A DNA stretch of 60,134 nucleotides. It comes from an uncultured Pelagibacteraceae bacterium (lineage in GTDB: Bacteria; Pseudomonadota; Alphaproteobacteria; Pelagibacterales; AG-422-B15). The notes below the pieces were generated by a model. It worked only from the letters and a program-made list of their open reading frames with translations. It searched no databases and was not told the origin of the DNA. Of this stretch, positions 9,016-18,323 are shown piece by piece (position 1 is the stretch's first letter; every line of letters starts with the position of its first letter). The translations under genes were made by a program, and so were the position numbers. Location of the stretch: the NCBI GenBank assembly GCA_902604225.1, contig CACKXV010000004.1:1-60134 (forward strand), in the 5' to 3' direction.

Positions 9016-9255
9016 ATGGAGAATAAACTATCCCCGGCAGATACTGATCGTATTATTGAAATGGCTTGGGAAGATCGAACAACTTTTACTGATATTAATA
9101 ATCAATTTGGACTTAAAGAAAAAGAAGTGATAAAGATTATGAAAGATAATCTTAAACGTAATTCTTTTCTAAAATGGAGACAAAGAGTGAGGGGACGAAA
9201 AACAAAAATCAATTCAATTTCAGATCGATTTAAATCTTCTAATCAAAAGACATAA
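9016..9255 (+). CDS. DUF2805 / TIGR03643 family protein
   Basis: RIIEMAWEDRTTF ... SFLKWRQRVRGRKTK signature. Confidence 0.85.
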   Translation: MENKLSPADTDRIIEMAWEDRTTFTDINNQFGLKEKEVIKIMKDNLKRNSFLKWRQRVRGRKTKINSISDRFKSSNQKT

Positions 9256-9259
9256 TAAT

Positions 9260-9637
9260 ATGAGCTCAGTTCAAAATATTTCATCTGAAGACTGCTATAA
9301 AAAACTAAATGAAGATCAGAATTCTTACTTAATTGATGTAAGAAGTCCGACCGAGTGGAATGTTGATGGCATCCCCGATGAAGATTCTTTTGAGGGCATT
9401 CTCTTTAAATTAGCTATAAGAAATGAAGAAGGAACAGAAAATCTCAATTTTATTGAGGAATTTAACTCTCTTGAAATACCTAAGGACTCAAATATTTATT
9501 TCATTTGTAAATCAGGAGGACGTTCCAATCTGGCAGCCAATATGGTTGCGAATGAAGGGTACAAAAGTTTATTTAATGTTGAAGATGGTTTTACCCTAGG
9601 TTGGAAACCCAAAGGTCTCCCTTCATCGGAATATTAA
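9260..9637 (+). CDS. Single-domain rhodanese (sulfurtransferase)
   Basis: LIDVRSPTEW, active-site ICKSGGRS, NVEDGF..GWK..GLP. Confidence 0.9.
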   Translation: MSSVQNISSEDCYKKLNEDQNSYLIDVRSPTEWNVDGIPDEDSFEGILFKLAIRNEEGTENLNFIEEFNSLEIPKDSNIYFICKSGGRSNLAANMVANEGYKSLFNVEDGFTLGWKPKGLPSSEY

Positions 9638-10233
9638 TCTGAGACTGAAACAATTTTCTCGATCAACTTATCCAAATCATAATCATTGTTAGCTAGGAAT
9701 GACTGAAATTCTTCTCGCTGCGCAATCACAAGACTGATGCCTTCAATATTTAAATCAATGATTTTTATCTGATTGTCCTTATTTAAAAGTCTCCACTTAA
9801 GATTAATCTTAAGTGTATCAGTTCCTTCCCTAATAATATTACTTTCAACAATCACGTATTTGCCAGCCTCTTGTGATCCGAATACATCAACTTTTTCACC
9901 CGCATACTGATCAAGTTTATTAGCGTACGAGCTTACAAAGTAATCTTTGAATGCAATTAAATATGCTTCTTTTTGTTCATCTGAAGCATTTTTCCATGCT
10001 TTAGATAAAACAAATTTAGAAATTAAATTTAGATCAATTGATGACATTACTAATTCTGTAAAACTCGAAGTTCTCTCAGTGTCTGAAAGTGTGTCATTAC
10101 TTAAGATAGATATAGCCGTATCCGCAAATGACGCTACAAACTTTTCCTCTTCTACAAAATTAGATGCAAGAACAGTCAGATTGAAACTGCAGCAAAGAAA
10201 AAGTATATAAATATGAAATCTAATCCTAGTCAT
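9634..10233 (-). CDS. mlaC: Phospholipid-binding periplasmic protein MlaC/Ttg2D
   Basis: Signal peptide, C-terminal IIDLNIEGISLVIAQREEF; directly follows mlaA. Confidence 0.88.
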   Translation of the reverse strand: MTRIRFHIYILFLCCSFNLTVLASNFVEEEKFVASFADTAISILSNDTLSDTERTSSFTELVMSSIDLNLISKFVLSKAWKNASDEQKEAYLIAFKDYFVSSYANKLDQYAGEKVDVFGSQEAGKYVIVESNIIREGTDTLKINLKWRLLNKDNQIKIIDLNIEGISLVIAQREEFQSFLANNDYDLDKLIEKIVSVSD

Positions 10234-11047
10234 ATGTAATCTCTATATCTGGTCCTACATAGCTTTCATCTATCTCAAAGTCATCAAAAATATCATTTTC
10301 TTGTTCAGAGGAGTCAATTTCTAGATTGCTAGCTGCTTGACTTTCCCTTCCTTGAGAATAAAAACTCCTAACTGCAGCATAATAGTCAATTGAATTATTC
10401 TGCAGGTCATCAAGTATTTCAACATTTTGAGATCTAAAATCAACTGCGCCTGTTCCTAATCGATATGTTCTTAGTGAGTCAGGAGCGCTACCTCCTCCAA
10501 TTTGATACATTGGATCTAAGAGAGATGTGGAGAGAAGACCTGCGAAGTCTCGAGGATTAGATGGACCCAAGAAAGGCAATACTACGTATGGACCTGAGGA
10601 AACGCCCCAAACCGATAATGTTTGTCCAAAATCTTCGGTTTCAGTAACTAAGCCCATGCTTGATGCTGGATCAAAGAAGCCTAATAATCCAACGGTTGAA
10701 TTAATAACAAACCTTGATGTTGATACTCCAGCTTTTCTGAGCTCTCCTTGAAGAAGATTATTAACGGCAGTAATGGGCATGCTTAAATTGTTTAAGGAGT
10801 ATGTAATTCTATTTCTCACAAATCCAGGTACAAGGGCTTTGTATGTTACGGCGATCGGTCTTAAAATAATTTTATCAAAGATGACATTAAAAGAAAATAC
10901 GACCCTATTCACCTTTTCAAATGGATCGTTAACAGTTGACACCTCTTGCTGTGATAAAGAGCTATTCAATTCAGTACTTTTGGAAGCACAACCCTGAAAG
11001 ACCAGAGTAGATCCAATAATTAGCACTAATAGTATTCTCAAGTTCAT
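10226..11047 (-). CDS. mlaA: MlaA/VacJ lipoprotein
   Basis: Lipobox FQGC, DPFEKVNR, RFVINSTVGLLG, EDFGQTL, GPYVVLPFLGPS. Confidence 0.93.
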   Translation of the reverse strand: MNLRILLVLIIGSTLVFQGCASKSTELNSSLSQQEVSTVNDPFEKVNRVVFSFNVIFDKIILRPIAVTYKALVPGFVRNRITYSLNNLSMPITAVNNLLQGELRKAGVSTSRFVINSTVGLLGFFDPASSMGLVTETEDFGQTLSVWGVSSGPYVVLPFLGPSNPRDFAGLLSTSLLDPMYQIGGGSAPDSLRTYRLGTGAVDFRSQNVEILDDLQNNSIDYYAAVRSFYSQGRESQAASNLEIDSSEQENDIFDDFEIDESYVGPDIEITYD

Positions 11048-11142
11048 TAGATTAATGCTATTCTATATAAATTTTGTAATCAAATTAATACTTTAATTGA
11101 GTTTAAATTTATGAGGCATTTTAGACAATAAATGGAACTATT

Positions 11143-12042
11143 TTGAGAACCAAAGATATCATTTTAGTATTAATGATAAATTTTGCATTTAGTTTAGCAT
11201 TTATTTCGGCAAAAATTGGAGTAACAGAATTTCCTCCATTTCTATTCACAACAATGCGCTTTTTTCTTATAGCCCTCATTTTAATTCCATTTCTTAAGAT
11301 TCACAAAGGTCAAATGAATAACATTTTGATTGTTTCTTTCCTTGGAGGCGGTATTCATTTTGCATTTTTTTATTTAGCCCTGGACAACTCTCAGTATATT
11401 TCATCTGTTGCGATCGTACTTCAACTTGGTGTACCCTTTGCCACTATATTGTCAGTAATATTTCTTAGAGAAGTGATCCGATGGAAAAGAATATTGGGTA
11501 TCACTCTATCTTTTGGAGGTGTAATCATATTAGTCTTCGAGCCAACAATTTTTTCTGATTTGGGAGGTGTCTATTTTGCTCTTCTTGCAGCTTTTTCTAT
11601 AGCTGTAAGTTTACTATTTATGAAAAAATTAGAAAAAATTAAGGTGTTTGATCTTCAGGCTTGGATTGCATTTATTAGCTTTATTTTCTTAGCAATAGTC
11701 TCATTAATTTTTGAAGAGAATCATGTTGACGTAATAGTAAATGCAAATTTAGTTGGTTGGTATGCAGTTTTATTTACAGCTTTTGCAGCAACATTAATTG
11801 GCCATGCAGGATTTTATTATTTAATTACTAAGTATGAACTATCTAAAATAACGCCTTTAACTCTTATGGCACCTGTATTGGCTATAGTAAACGCATTTGT
11901 AATCTCTTTATTTTCTATGTATGAAGGTTTTGATGAGGTCATTACTGTAAAAATTATTTTTGGAGCTTTAATTACTTTAGTAGGAGTTGCAATAGTGATG
12001 ATCCGTGAACCAGAAGATAAGAAGGTTCCAAATTCACCATGA
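11143..12042 (+). CDS. EamA/DMT family transporter
   Basis: About 10 TM segments in two repeats; FPPFLFTTMRF, FLREVI. Confidence 0.85.
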   Translation: MRTKDIILVLMINFAFSLAFISAKIGVTEFPPFLFTTMRFFLIALILIPFLKIHKGQMNNILIVSFLGGGIHFAFFYLALDNSQYISSVAIVLQLGVPFATILSVIFLREVIRWKRILGITLSFGGVIILVFEPTIFSDLGGVYFALLAAFSIAVSLLFMKKLEKIKVFDLQAWIAFISFIFLAIVSLIFEENHVDVIVNANLVGWYAVLFTAFAATLIGHAGFYYLITKYELSKITPLTLMAPVLAIVNAFVISLFSMYEGFDEVITVKIIFGALITLVGVAIVMIREPEDKKVPNSP

Positions 12043-12770
12043 AATTTCAATTTTTAAATTCCCCCAATTTTGAAGAAAGAAAATCTAGAAAAATAAAATA
12101 TATTGTTGTTCATTATACAGGAATGAAGTCGTCGACTGAGTCTTTGAAGAGACTGCAATCAAAAAAATCTAAAGTGAGTTCACACTATTTTATAAATGAA
12201 TACGGCAAAATCATTCAGCTTGTAAAGGATTATAATATTGCTTGGCATGCAGGTATCTCATTCTGGGGATCAGATAAAAATCTCAATTCAAAATCTGTTG
12301 GAATAGAGATACAGAATAAAGGTCAAGAATTTGGCTATCACAAATTCAATAAGTCTCAAGTAGATGCAATAATAGAATTAATATTATATTTAAAAAATAA
12401 ATATCAAATTAATGATGCGTTTATACTAGGACACTCAGATATAGCTCCATTGAGAAAACTAGACCCTGGTTATTTGTTTCCTTGGAAATTATTAAATAAA
12501 AAAGGTATTGGATTGTATCCAAAAAAGAATAATTCTAAAAAAGAACTAAGCCCATCAAATATAAAAAATTTACAAATCTTATTGAGAGACTTTGGTTACA
12601 AAATTTCAATTAATGGATTAATGGATAAAGAAACCCTTCAAGTTATCCATGCCTTTGAGAGCCATTATTGTCCAGAAGAATTAGAAGAATTTTCTGTTAA
12701 ACATAAATTGATAGGATATCTGCGAAATTTAATAAAATCCAAAAACATAAGCTTGACCAAAAAACACTAA
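12039..12770 (+). CDS. N-acetylmuramoyl-L-alanine amidase (Amidase_2, AmiD/AmpD-like) with C-terminal PG-binding domain
   Basis: SPNF, VVHYTGM, VSSHY, AWHAG, SVGIEI, GHSDIAPLRKLDPG; usual alphaproteobacterial position upstream of rnpB. Confidence 0.9.
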   Translation: MKFQFLNSPNFEERKSRKIKYIVVHYTGMKSSTESLKRLQSKKSKVSSHYFINEYGKIIQLVKDYNIAWHAGISFWGSDKNLNSKSVGIEIQNKGQEFGYHKFNKSQVDAIIELILYLKNKYQINDAFILGHSDIAPLRKLDPGYLFPWKLLNKKGIGLYPKKNNSKKELSPSNIKNLQILLRDFGYKISINGLMDKETLQVIHAFESHYCPEELEEFSVKHKLIGYLRNLIKSKNISLTKKH

Positions 12771-12781
12771 GACTGTAAATC
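12753..12781 (+). promoter_or_regulatory. Putative sigma70 promoter of rnpB
   Basis: TTGACC-N17-TAAATC ending just upstream of the RNase P RNA 5' end. Confidence 0.6.
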
Positions 12782-12785
12782 ATAG

Positions 12786-13140
12786 TTGCCAGATAATTGG
12801 ATGACTGCTTTACTTGTAAAGAGGAAAGTCCGGGCTCCACAAGACAATGGTGCCGGGTAATACCCGGCGGGGGCGACCCTAGGGAAAGTGCCGCAGAAAA
12901 TAAACCGCCTTAATTGAAATTTATAAGGTAAGGGTGAAAAGGTGAGGTAAGAGCTCACCGCTTTTTTGGTAACAAGAAAGGCATGGTAAACCCCGCCAGG
13001 AGCAAGATCAAATAGAGTTACAATAGTTAGTCTTGACTGTAACTGGGTTGATCGCATGATTCGTGTGGTAACACTCGAACTAGATGAATAGTCACAGATT
13101 TTATTAAATCACAGAACCCGGCTTATAGATTATCTGGTGA
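12786..13140 (+). ncRNA. rnpB: RNase P RNA, bacterial type A
   Basis: GAGGAAAGTCCGGGCTCC, AGTGCCGCAGAAA, GGTAAACCCC, ACAGAACCCGGCTTAT; P1 pairing TTGCCAGATAAT/ATTATCTGGTGA. Confidence 0.97.
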
Positions 13141-13235
13141 TTTTTTATCTATTTATTTTCAATCACTTATCAAATTTGCTTAAAGTGAATTATTATATAA
13201 ACTACTGAAAAATATAATTAATCCAAAAAAAGCAG

Positions 13236-13289
13236 TAGACATTACCCATTTGATCCCATACTATCCCATGTAATCCCAATTTAACCCAA
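13236..13289 (+). promoter_or_regulatory. dcw promoter overlapped by five MraZ boxes
   Basis: TAGACA-N17-TACTAT (13236-13264); CCCA (TGGG on the minus strand) at 13245, 13255, 13265, 13275 and 13285, exact 10-bp period. Confidence 0.8.
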
Positions 13290-13335
13290 ACGAGGTAATT
13301 TGTTGATTATTTTAATAACTAACTTTTTTTATAAA

Positions 13336-13788
13336 ATGGCATTGTTTCTATCTACTTATATTAATCGCATAGACAAGAAAGGTCGTGTTTCAGTACCTTC
13401 ATCATTCAGAAGTGTACTTGAACAGAATGGTCTTAAGGGAATGATTTGCTATCCGTCACCAACCCTTGAATCAATTGAAGGTTGTGCAATTAACCGAATG
13501 CAAAAAATAAGTGATGCAATCGAGTCTGCTGGTCCTTTTAGTGAAGAAAGAAATACTTTTTCATCTTCCATATTTGCAGACAGTCATCAAATTCATTTTG
13601 ATCAAGAAGGTAGAGTAATAATACCTGGTGAATTAATTATATCAGCAGGAATCATTGATCAAGTTTCATTTGTAGGCATGGGCGAAACTTTTCAAATGTG
13701 GAACCCGACTACGTATGAGGACTATAAAAAAGACAAAACAAATAGTGCAAAGAATAATTTAGCAAATCTCAAATGGAGTAATCAATAA
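13336..13788 (+). CDS. mraZ: Division/cell wall cluster transcriptional repressor MraZ
   Basis: Two SpoVT/AbrB repeats IDKKGRVSVPSSFR and FDQEGRVIIP; start moved to in-frame ATG 13336. Confidence 0.95.
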   Translation: MALFLSTYINRIDKKGRVSVPSSFRSVLEQNGLKGMICYPSPTLESIEGCAINRMQKISDAIESAGPFSEERNTFSSSIFADSHQIHFDQEGRVIIPGELIISAGIIDQVSFVGMGETFQMWNPTTYEDYKKDKTNSAKNNLANLKWSNQ

Positions 13789-13813
13789 CTAATGAAAATA
13801 GGAGGATAATTTC

Positions 13814-15277
13814 ATGGTTTTAAATTTAAGCGTTCCAGAGTTAAAAGAACTAAAGCCTAAAATAACTGTATTTGGAGTTGGAGGTGCAGGTGGCAATGCA
13901 ATTAACAACATGATTGAGGCAGGTTTGTCAGGTGTTGAGTTTGTGGCAGCCAACACAGATGCACAGGCTCTTTCTAAATCATTGAGTGACTCTAAGATGC
14001 AATTAGGAGTTCAAGTAACAAAAGGTCTGGGCGCAGGATCACACCCTGATATTGGAAAGTCTTCAGCTGATGAAACTAAGCATGAAATCATGGAACGTTT
14101 AGAGGGAACTAACATGCTTTTCATCACGGCTGGCATGGGTGGAGGCACTGGTACAGGTGCTGCACCAGTAATTGCAAGAGTAGCAAAAGAATTGGGTATC
14201 CTCACTGTTGCAGTTGTTACAAAACCATTTCAATTTGAAGGCGCTGGAAGAATGCGTATTGCCGAGCAAGGTCTTAAAGAATTAGAGCATTTAGTAGATA
14301 CGACAATTGTAATACCTAACCAAAACCTATTCAAAGTAGCTGATGAAAAAACAACTTTTGCAGATGCTTTTTCAATGGCGGATGATGTTTTACATGCTGG
14401 GGTAAGAAGTATTACAGATTTAATGGTTGTACCTGGACTTATAAATTTAGATTTTGCAGATGTAAAAACAATCATGAATAACATGGGTCGCGCCATGATG
14501 GGAACAGGAGAAGCTTCTGGTGAAAATAGAGCCATTGAATGTGCCCATAACGCCGTAACGAACCCATTACTTGATGACTATTCACTTGATGGAGCTAAAG
14601 GACTTCTCATTAATATAACTGGTGGAACTGATCTTACTCTACATGAAGTTGATAAAATTACAAATGAGATTCGAGAACAGGTTCATCCTGATGCAGATGT
14701 AATTGTGGGATCAATTTTTGATGACAAACTTGAAGGCAAGGCAAGAGTCTCTGTTGTAGCTACAGGATTAGACTCACATCCAAAGCCAACTAAATCAATT
14801 GTAGATTTACAAATTACAAGAAATTCTGCAGTATCATCAATGACTGCTACACCAGCAGCAAATTCAAACTCAGTACAAGCTTCGTTAAGCAATGAAGAGA
14901 TAAATGAAGAAATAAATGAAAATTCTGATCCATATATGTTCATGGATGGGGAAGATTCAGATATTCATTCTGAAACTGATATTGAAGATACTCAAGTTAT
15001 AACAGAACCAGAAATGGCCGCTGAAGAAGAAATTGAACCAGAGCCAATCACTGAACCAGAAATAGTTACTGAGAATGAAGCTCCTAATAGCATAATGGAT
15101 TTAATAAATGCTAATAGAGAAAATGATGAGTTAGATTCACCTGATCTTTTTAGTGGTCAAAACATTCATCAATTAGACGATATGAACGATCCTAAAGATG
15201 AAGAAATAATAGAAGAAAGTGAAACTGATCAGGATTTATTAGAAATTCCTTCATTCCTTAGAAGACAAAGTAAATGA
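13814..15277 (+). CDS. ftsZ: Cell division protein FtsZ
   Basis: [16 protein letters not shown] tubulin signature, T7 loop INLDFADV, C-terminal [10 protein letters not shown]; SD GGAGG. Confidence 0.99.
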   Translation: MVLNLSVPELKELKPKITVFGVGGAGGNAINNMIEAGLSGVEFVAANTDAQALSKSLSDSKMQLGVQVTKGLGAGSHPDIGKSSADETKHEIMERLEGTNMLFITAGMGGGTGTGAAPVIARVAKELGILTVAVVTKPFQFEGAGRMRIAEQGLKELEHLVDTTIVIPNQNLFKVADEKTTFADAFSMADDVLHAGVRSITDLMVVPGLINLDFADVKTIMNNMGRAMMGTGEASGENRAIECAHNAVTNPLLDDYSLDGAKGLLINITGGTDLTLHEVDKITNEIREQVHPDADVIVGSIFDDKLEGKARVSVVATGLDSHPKPTKSIVDLQITRNSAVSSMTATPAANSNSVQASLSNEEINEEINENSDPYMFMDGEDSDIHSETDIEDTQVITEPEMAAEEEIEPEPITEPEIVTENEAPNSIMDLINANRENDELDSPDLFSGQNIHQLDDMNDPKDEEIIEESETDQDLLEIPSFLRRQSK

Positions 15278-16197
15278 CGAGTAAAGAATTGGCTCACAAG
15301 CCAGTTCTTATAAATGAGATAATAAAGTTAACCGGGCCCAAAGATAATGAAACGTATTTCGATGCAACATTTGGAAATGGAGGATACTCGAAAGAATTTC
15401 TTGAGTTCACTAACTGCAATATTATTGCAATTGACAGGGATCCGTTTGTTAATCAAATTGCTAGGGAATTTAAAAAAAAATATGGCAAAAGGTTCGACTT
15501 TTTCCATTCTAAATTTAGTAAAATTAACGAAGTTATGGAAAAAACCGAGAAAAAAGAAATTGACGGTTTCGTATTTGATATAGGAGTTTCATCAATGCAA
15601 TTAGATTTTCCAGAAAGAGGTTTTTCTTTTATGAAAGAAGGTCCATTAGACATGCGAATGGGTCAAGAAGGAACAACTGCGTATGATGTGGTAAATTCAA
15701 AAAGTCATGAAGAATTAGCTGATATCATTTATTATTATGGTGAAGAGAGAAACTCCAGAAGAATTGCCCGAGAAATTGAAACTTATCGTAAATCAAAAAA
15801 CATTGAAACAACTTTAGAATTAGCAGAAGTTATCAAAAAATGTTTCTTAAATAAATATTATAAAAAGCATCCTGCTACTAAAACCTTTCAGGCTCTAAGA
15901 ATTTATATAAATAACGAATTAGAAGAATTACATTCTGGTCTTAATTACGCATTAAAATATTTAAAAAAAAATGGAAATTTATGTGTTGTTACTTTCCATT
16001 CGCTTGAGGATAGACTTGTGAAAAACTTTTTAAAAATAGCAAGTCAAAATAATAAGATAAATAAAGTTCTCAAACCCAGTAAAGAAGAGATGGAATATAA
16101 TTTACGATCAAGATCAGCCAAGTTAAGGTTCTACGAAAAGAATAATCTAGAATTTGGTTATGTACCTATTGAAGATTTGGGATTTAAACAATCATGA
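15274..16197 (+). CDS. rsmH: 16S rRNA m4C1402 methyltransferase RsmH (MraW)
   Basis: [57 protein letters not shown]. Confidence 0.97.
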   Translation: MTSKELAHKPVLINEIIKLTGPKDNETYFDATFGNGGYSKEFLEFTNCNIIAIDRDPFVNQIAREFKKKYGKRFDFFHSKFSKINEVMEKTEKKEIDGFVFDIGVSSMQLDFPERGFSFMKEGPLDMRMGQEGTTAYDVVNSKSHEELADIIYYYGEERNSRRIAREIETYRKSKNIETTLELAEVIKKCFLNKYYKKHPATKTFQALRIYINNELEELHSGLNYALKYLKKNGNLCVVTFHSLEDRLVKNFLKIASQNNKINKVLKPSKEEMEYNLRSRSAKLRFYEKNNLEFGYVPIEDLGFKQS

Positions 16198-16538
16198 TTA
16201 GTAGTTTATTTAAAATTTTCTCGGTGATCATCTTATTAATTGGATTACTTGCAATAATGATCATAAAAAATATATCAGCTGAAAAACAAAACTATATCAA
16301 TGAACTAGAAATTACCCTGAGAGAAGAGCAAAATAAGAGTGAGCTTTATAAAATAGAATGGGATCATATGATCTCACCTATAAATTTGAAAAAGATATCG
16401 GAAATGGTCTTATCCAATGATTATACTAAATACTTCGTAGTTTTAGACAAAGATGATCTGGGTCAAGAAAATCAGATATTCCAGGATATCATTGCAGTTG
16501 ATATGCCTTCAAAGAAAATTATAAGCCCTGCACGATAG
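16194..16538 (+). CDS. ftsL: Cell division protein FtsL (diverged)
   Basis: N-terminal TM, coiled coil, EWDHMISP; position between rsmH and ftsI. Confidence 0.75.
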   Translation: MISSLFKIFSVIILLIGLLAIMIIKNISAEKQNYINELEITLREEQNKSELYKIEWDHMISPINLKKISEMVLSNDYTKYFVVLDKDDLGQENQIFQDIIAVDMPSKKIISPAR

Positions 16539-16544
16539 AACTTT

Positions 16545-18323
16545 GTGAGAAAGAGAAAAAATTCTGGAAAAAAGAAAATAGACATTTATCAAAAAAGTTT
16601 CTCATTTACTCATCGATACAATGCTGAAAAATTTGCTATTGAAAAAATAAATTCAATAAAGCAAAGCTTCGCACTTAAGATTAATAATCGTTTAATTTTG
16701 TCAGCAATCATATTCAGTACTTTGTTTATTGCTATTACAATTAAAATGATTGAAATAAATCTCTTTTATGTAGAAAAAAATCGTTACTTTGTGTCATCGA
16801 TCGATGAGGAGAGGCGTAATATATTAGATAGAAACAATATTTCTCTAACAGCTAACTTACAAATGGCTGATGTTGGTATTGATCCTAAAAAAATTTATGA
16901 TCGTGAGGCATTCATAAAGAAAGTCTCATCATTGTATTATGACATATCAGCAAATGATTTAGAAAATAGAATTAACTCTGGTAAATGGTTTTATTTAAAA
17001 CGCAATATAAGTCCCAACGAACTTCAGAAAGTTATTGACCTTGGAGAAACTGGTATAGAGATAAGAGATATTTATAAGAGAAAGTATCTTCATAAAGAGT
17101 TATTTAGCCATCTCATAGGAAAAGTAGATATTGATAATGATGGTATTTCAGGAATGGAGAAATCTTTCAATAGATTATTAAATAATCAAAATAAAAACGA
17201 TGTTATTTCCTCAGTTGATACAAGAATACAACATATAGTAAGAGATGAAATATTAGATTCTATGAAGTTATACAAAGCGACTGGTGGATCAGGGCTTGTT
17301 ATGGAAGTAAATACTGGAGAAATATTATCCATGGTATCACTTCCTGACTTTGATCCTAATAGCAAAAATTTTGACGAAAATTCTGCATTCAATAAAAATA
17401 CTCTGGGCGTTTATGAATTTGGTTCAGTCATGAAAATATTTACAACCGCAATTGGGATTGAAGAAAATATATTTAAGCCTAATACACTCTATGAGATTGA
17501 TGATCATATTTATGTAGGTAAACATAAAGTACATGATGTTCATCGTCCCTGTGAAACTAAAAAATGTACAGTTGAAGAAATATTTGTGCAATCATCAAAT
17601 GTTGGCACTATTAATATGATTAGAGATATTGGACCAGAATTACAGAAGAATTATTTACATGATTTAGGTTTTTTTGATCAAGTTATTGTAAATTTACCTG
17701 AACGAGCAGAGCCACTTATTCCAGATCCTTGGAGAATGGTTAATACTGAGTCCATTTCTTATGGCTACGGACTTTCGATTTCTCCTCTTCATTTAGCTTT
17801 AGCTACTTCAACGGTATTAAATGGAGGTTACAAAATAGAGCCGTCATTGATAAAAAAAGATAATCAATTATTCAAAAATCAAATATTCTCAGAGCAAACA
17901 AGTGAAATTATGAGATACTTACTTAATCGTGTCGTAGATGAAGGAACTGCAAAAGATGCTTTTGGAAAGGATTCTAATAAAAAATACGCTGGTAAGTATA
18001 GTGATTATAAATACCTAGTCGGAGGCAAGACAGGAACAGCTAGGAAAATAAACAATAAGTCTTATGCAAGTGAAAAAATGACTACATTTATTTCAGCTTT
18101 TCCCATCAATAAACCAAAATACCTTGTACTTATTTCACTAGATGACCCAAAAGGAATAGTTGGAGAATATGATACGCCCTATAATACCTGGGGTTATACA
18201 GATGCTGGATGGAACGCAGCAAGAGTTTCGCGACAAATTATAGACAGGATAAGTCCTATTTTAGACACAAAAAGTAAATATTTACCAAGTGATAACTTAT
18301 TAATTAATACATCACTGCAATAA
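16545..18323 (+). CDS. ftsI: Penicillin-binding protein 3 (septal transpeptidase)
   Basis: RRNILDRN, SxxK (GSVMK), SSN, GKTGT. Confidence 0.95.
   Translation: MRKRKNSGKKKIDIYQKSFSFTHRYNAEKFAIEKINSIKQSFALKINNRLILSAIIFSTLFIAITIKMIEINLFYVEKNRYFVSSIDEERRNILDRNNISLTANLQMADVGIDPKKIYDREAFIKKVSSLYYDISANDLENRINSGKWFYLKRNISPNELQKVIDLGETGIEIRDIYKRKYLHKELFSHLIGKVDIDNDGISGMEKSFNRLLNNQNKNDVISSVDTRIQHIVRDEILDSMKLYKATGGSGLVMEVNTGEILSMVSLPDFDPNSKNFDENSAFNKNTLGVYEFGSVMKIFTTAIGIEENIFKPNTLYEIDDHIYVGKHKVHDVHRPCETKKCTVEEIFVQSSNVGTINMIRDIGPELQKNYLHDLGFFDQVIVNLPERAEPLIPDPWRMVNTESISYGYGLSISPLHLALATSTVLNGGYKIEPSLIKKDNQLFKNQIFSEQTSEIMRYLLNRVVDEGTAKDAFGKDSNKKYAGKYSDYKYLVGGKTGTARKINNKSYASEKMTTFISAFPINKPKYLVLISLDDPKGIVGEYDTPYNTWGYTDAGWNAARVSRQIIDRISPILDTKSKYLPSDNLLINTSLQ

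Noticed and set aside
11085-11106. TTAA repeats as CtrA boxes in the mlaA/EamA intergenic region
   Set aside because: Spacings are 4 and 6 nt, not the TTAA-N7-TTAA consensus, and TTAA is frequent in AT-rich DNA
12767-13057. 96-aa minus-strand ORF
   Set aside because: Antisense to the RNase P RNA; a shadow ORF produced by the conserved RNA sequence
13241-13290. 10-bp periodic repeats as CRISPR, iteron or VNTR
   Set aside because: Units are too short, no cas or rep genes; explained as MraZ boxes
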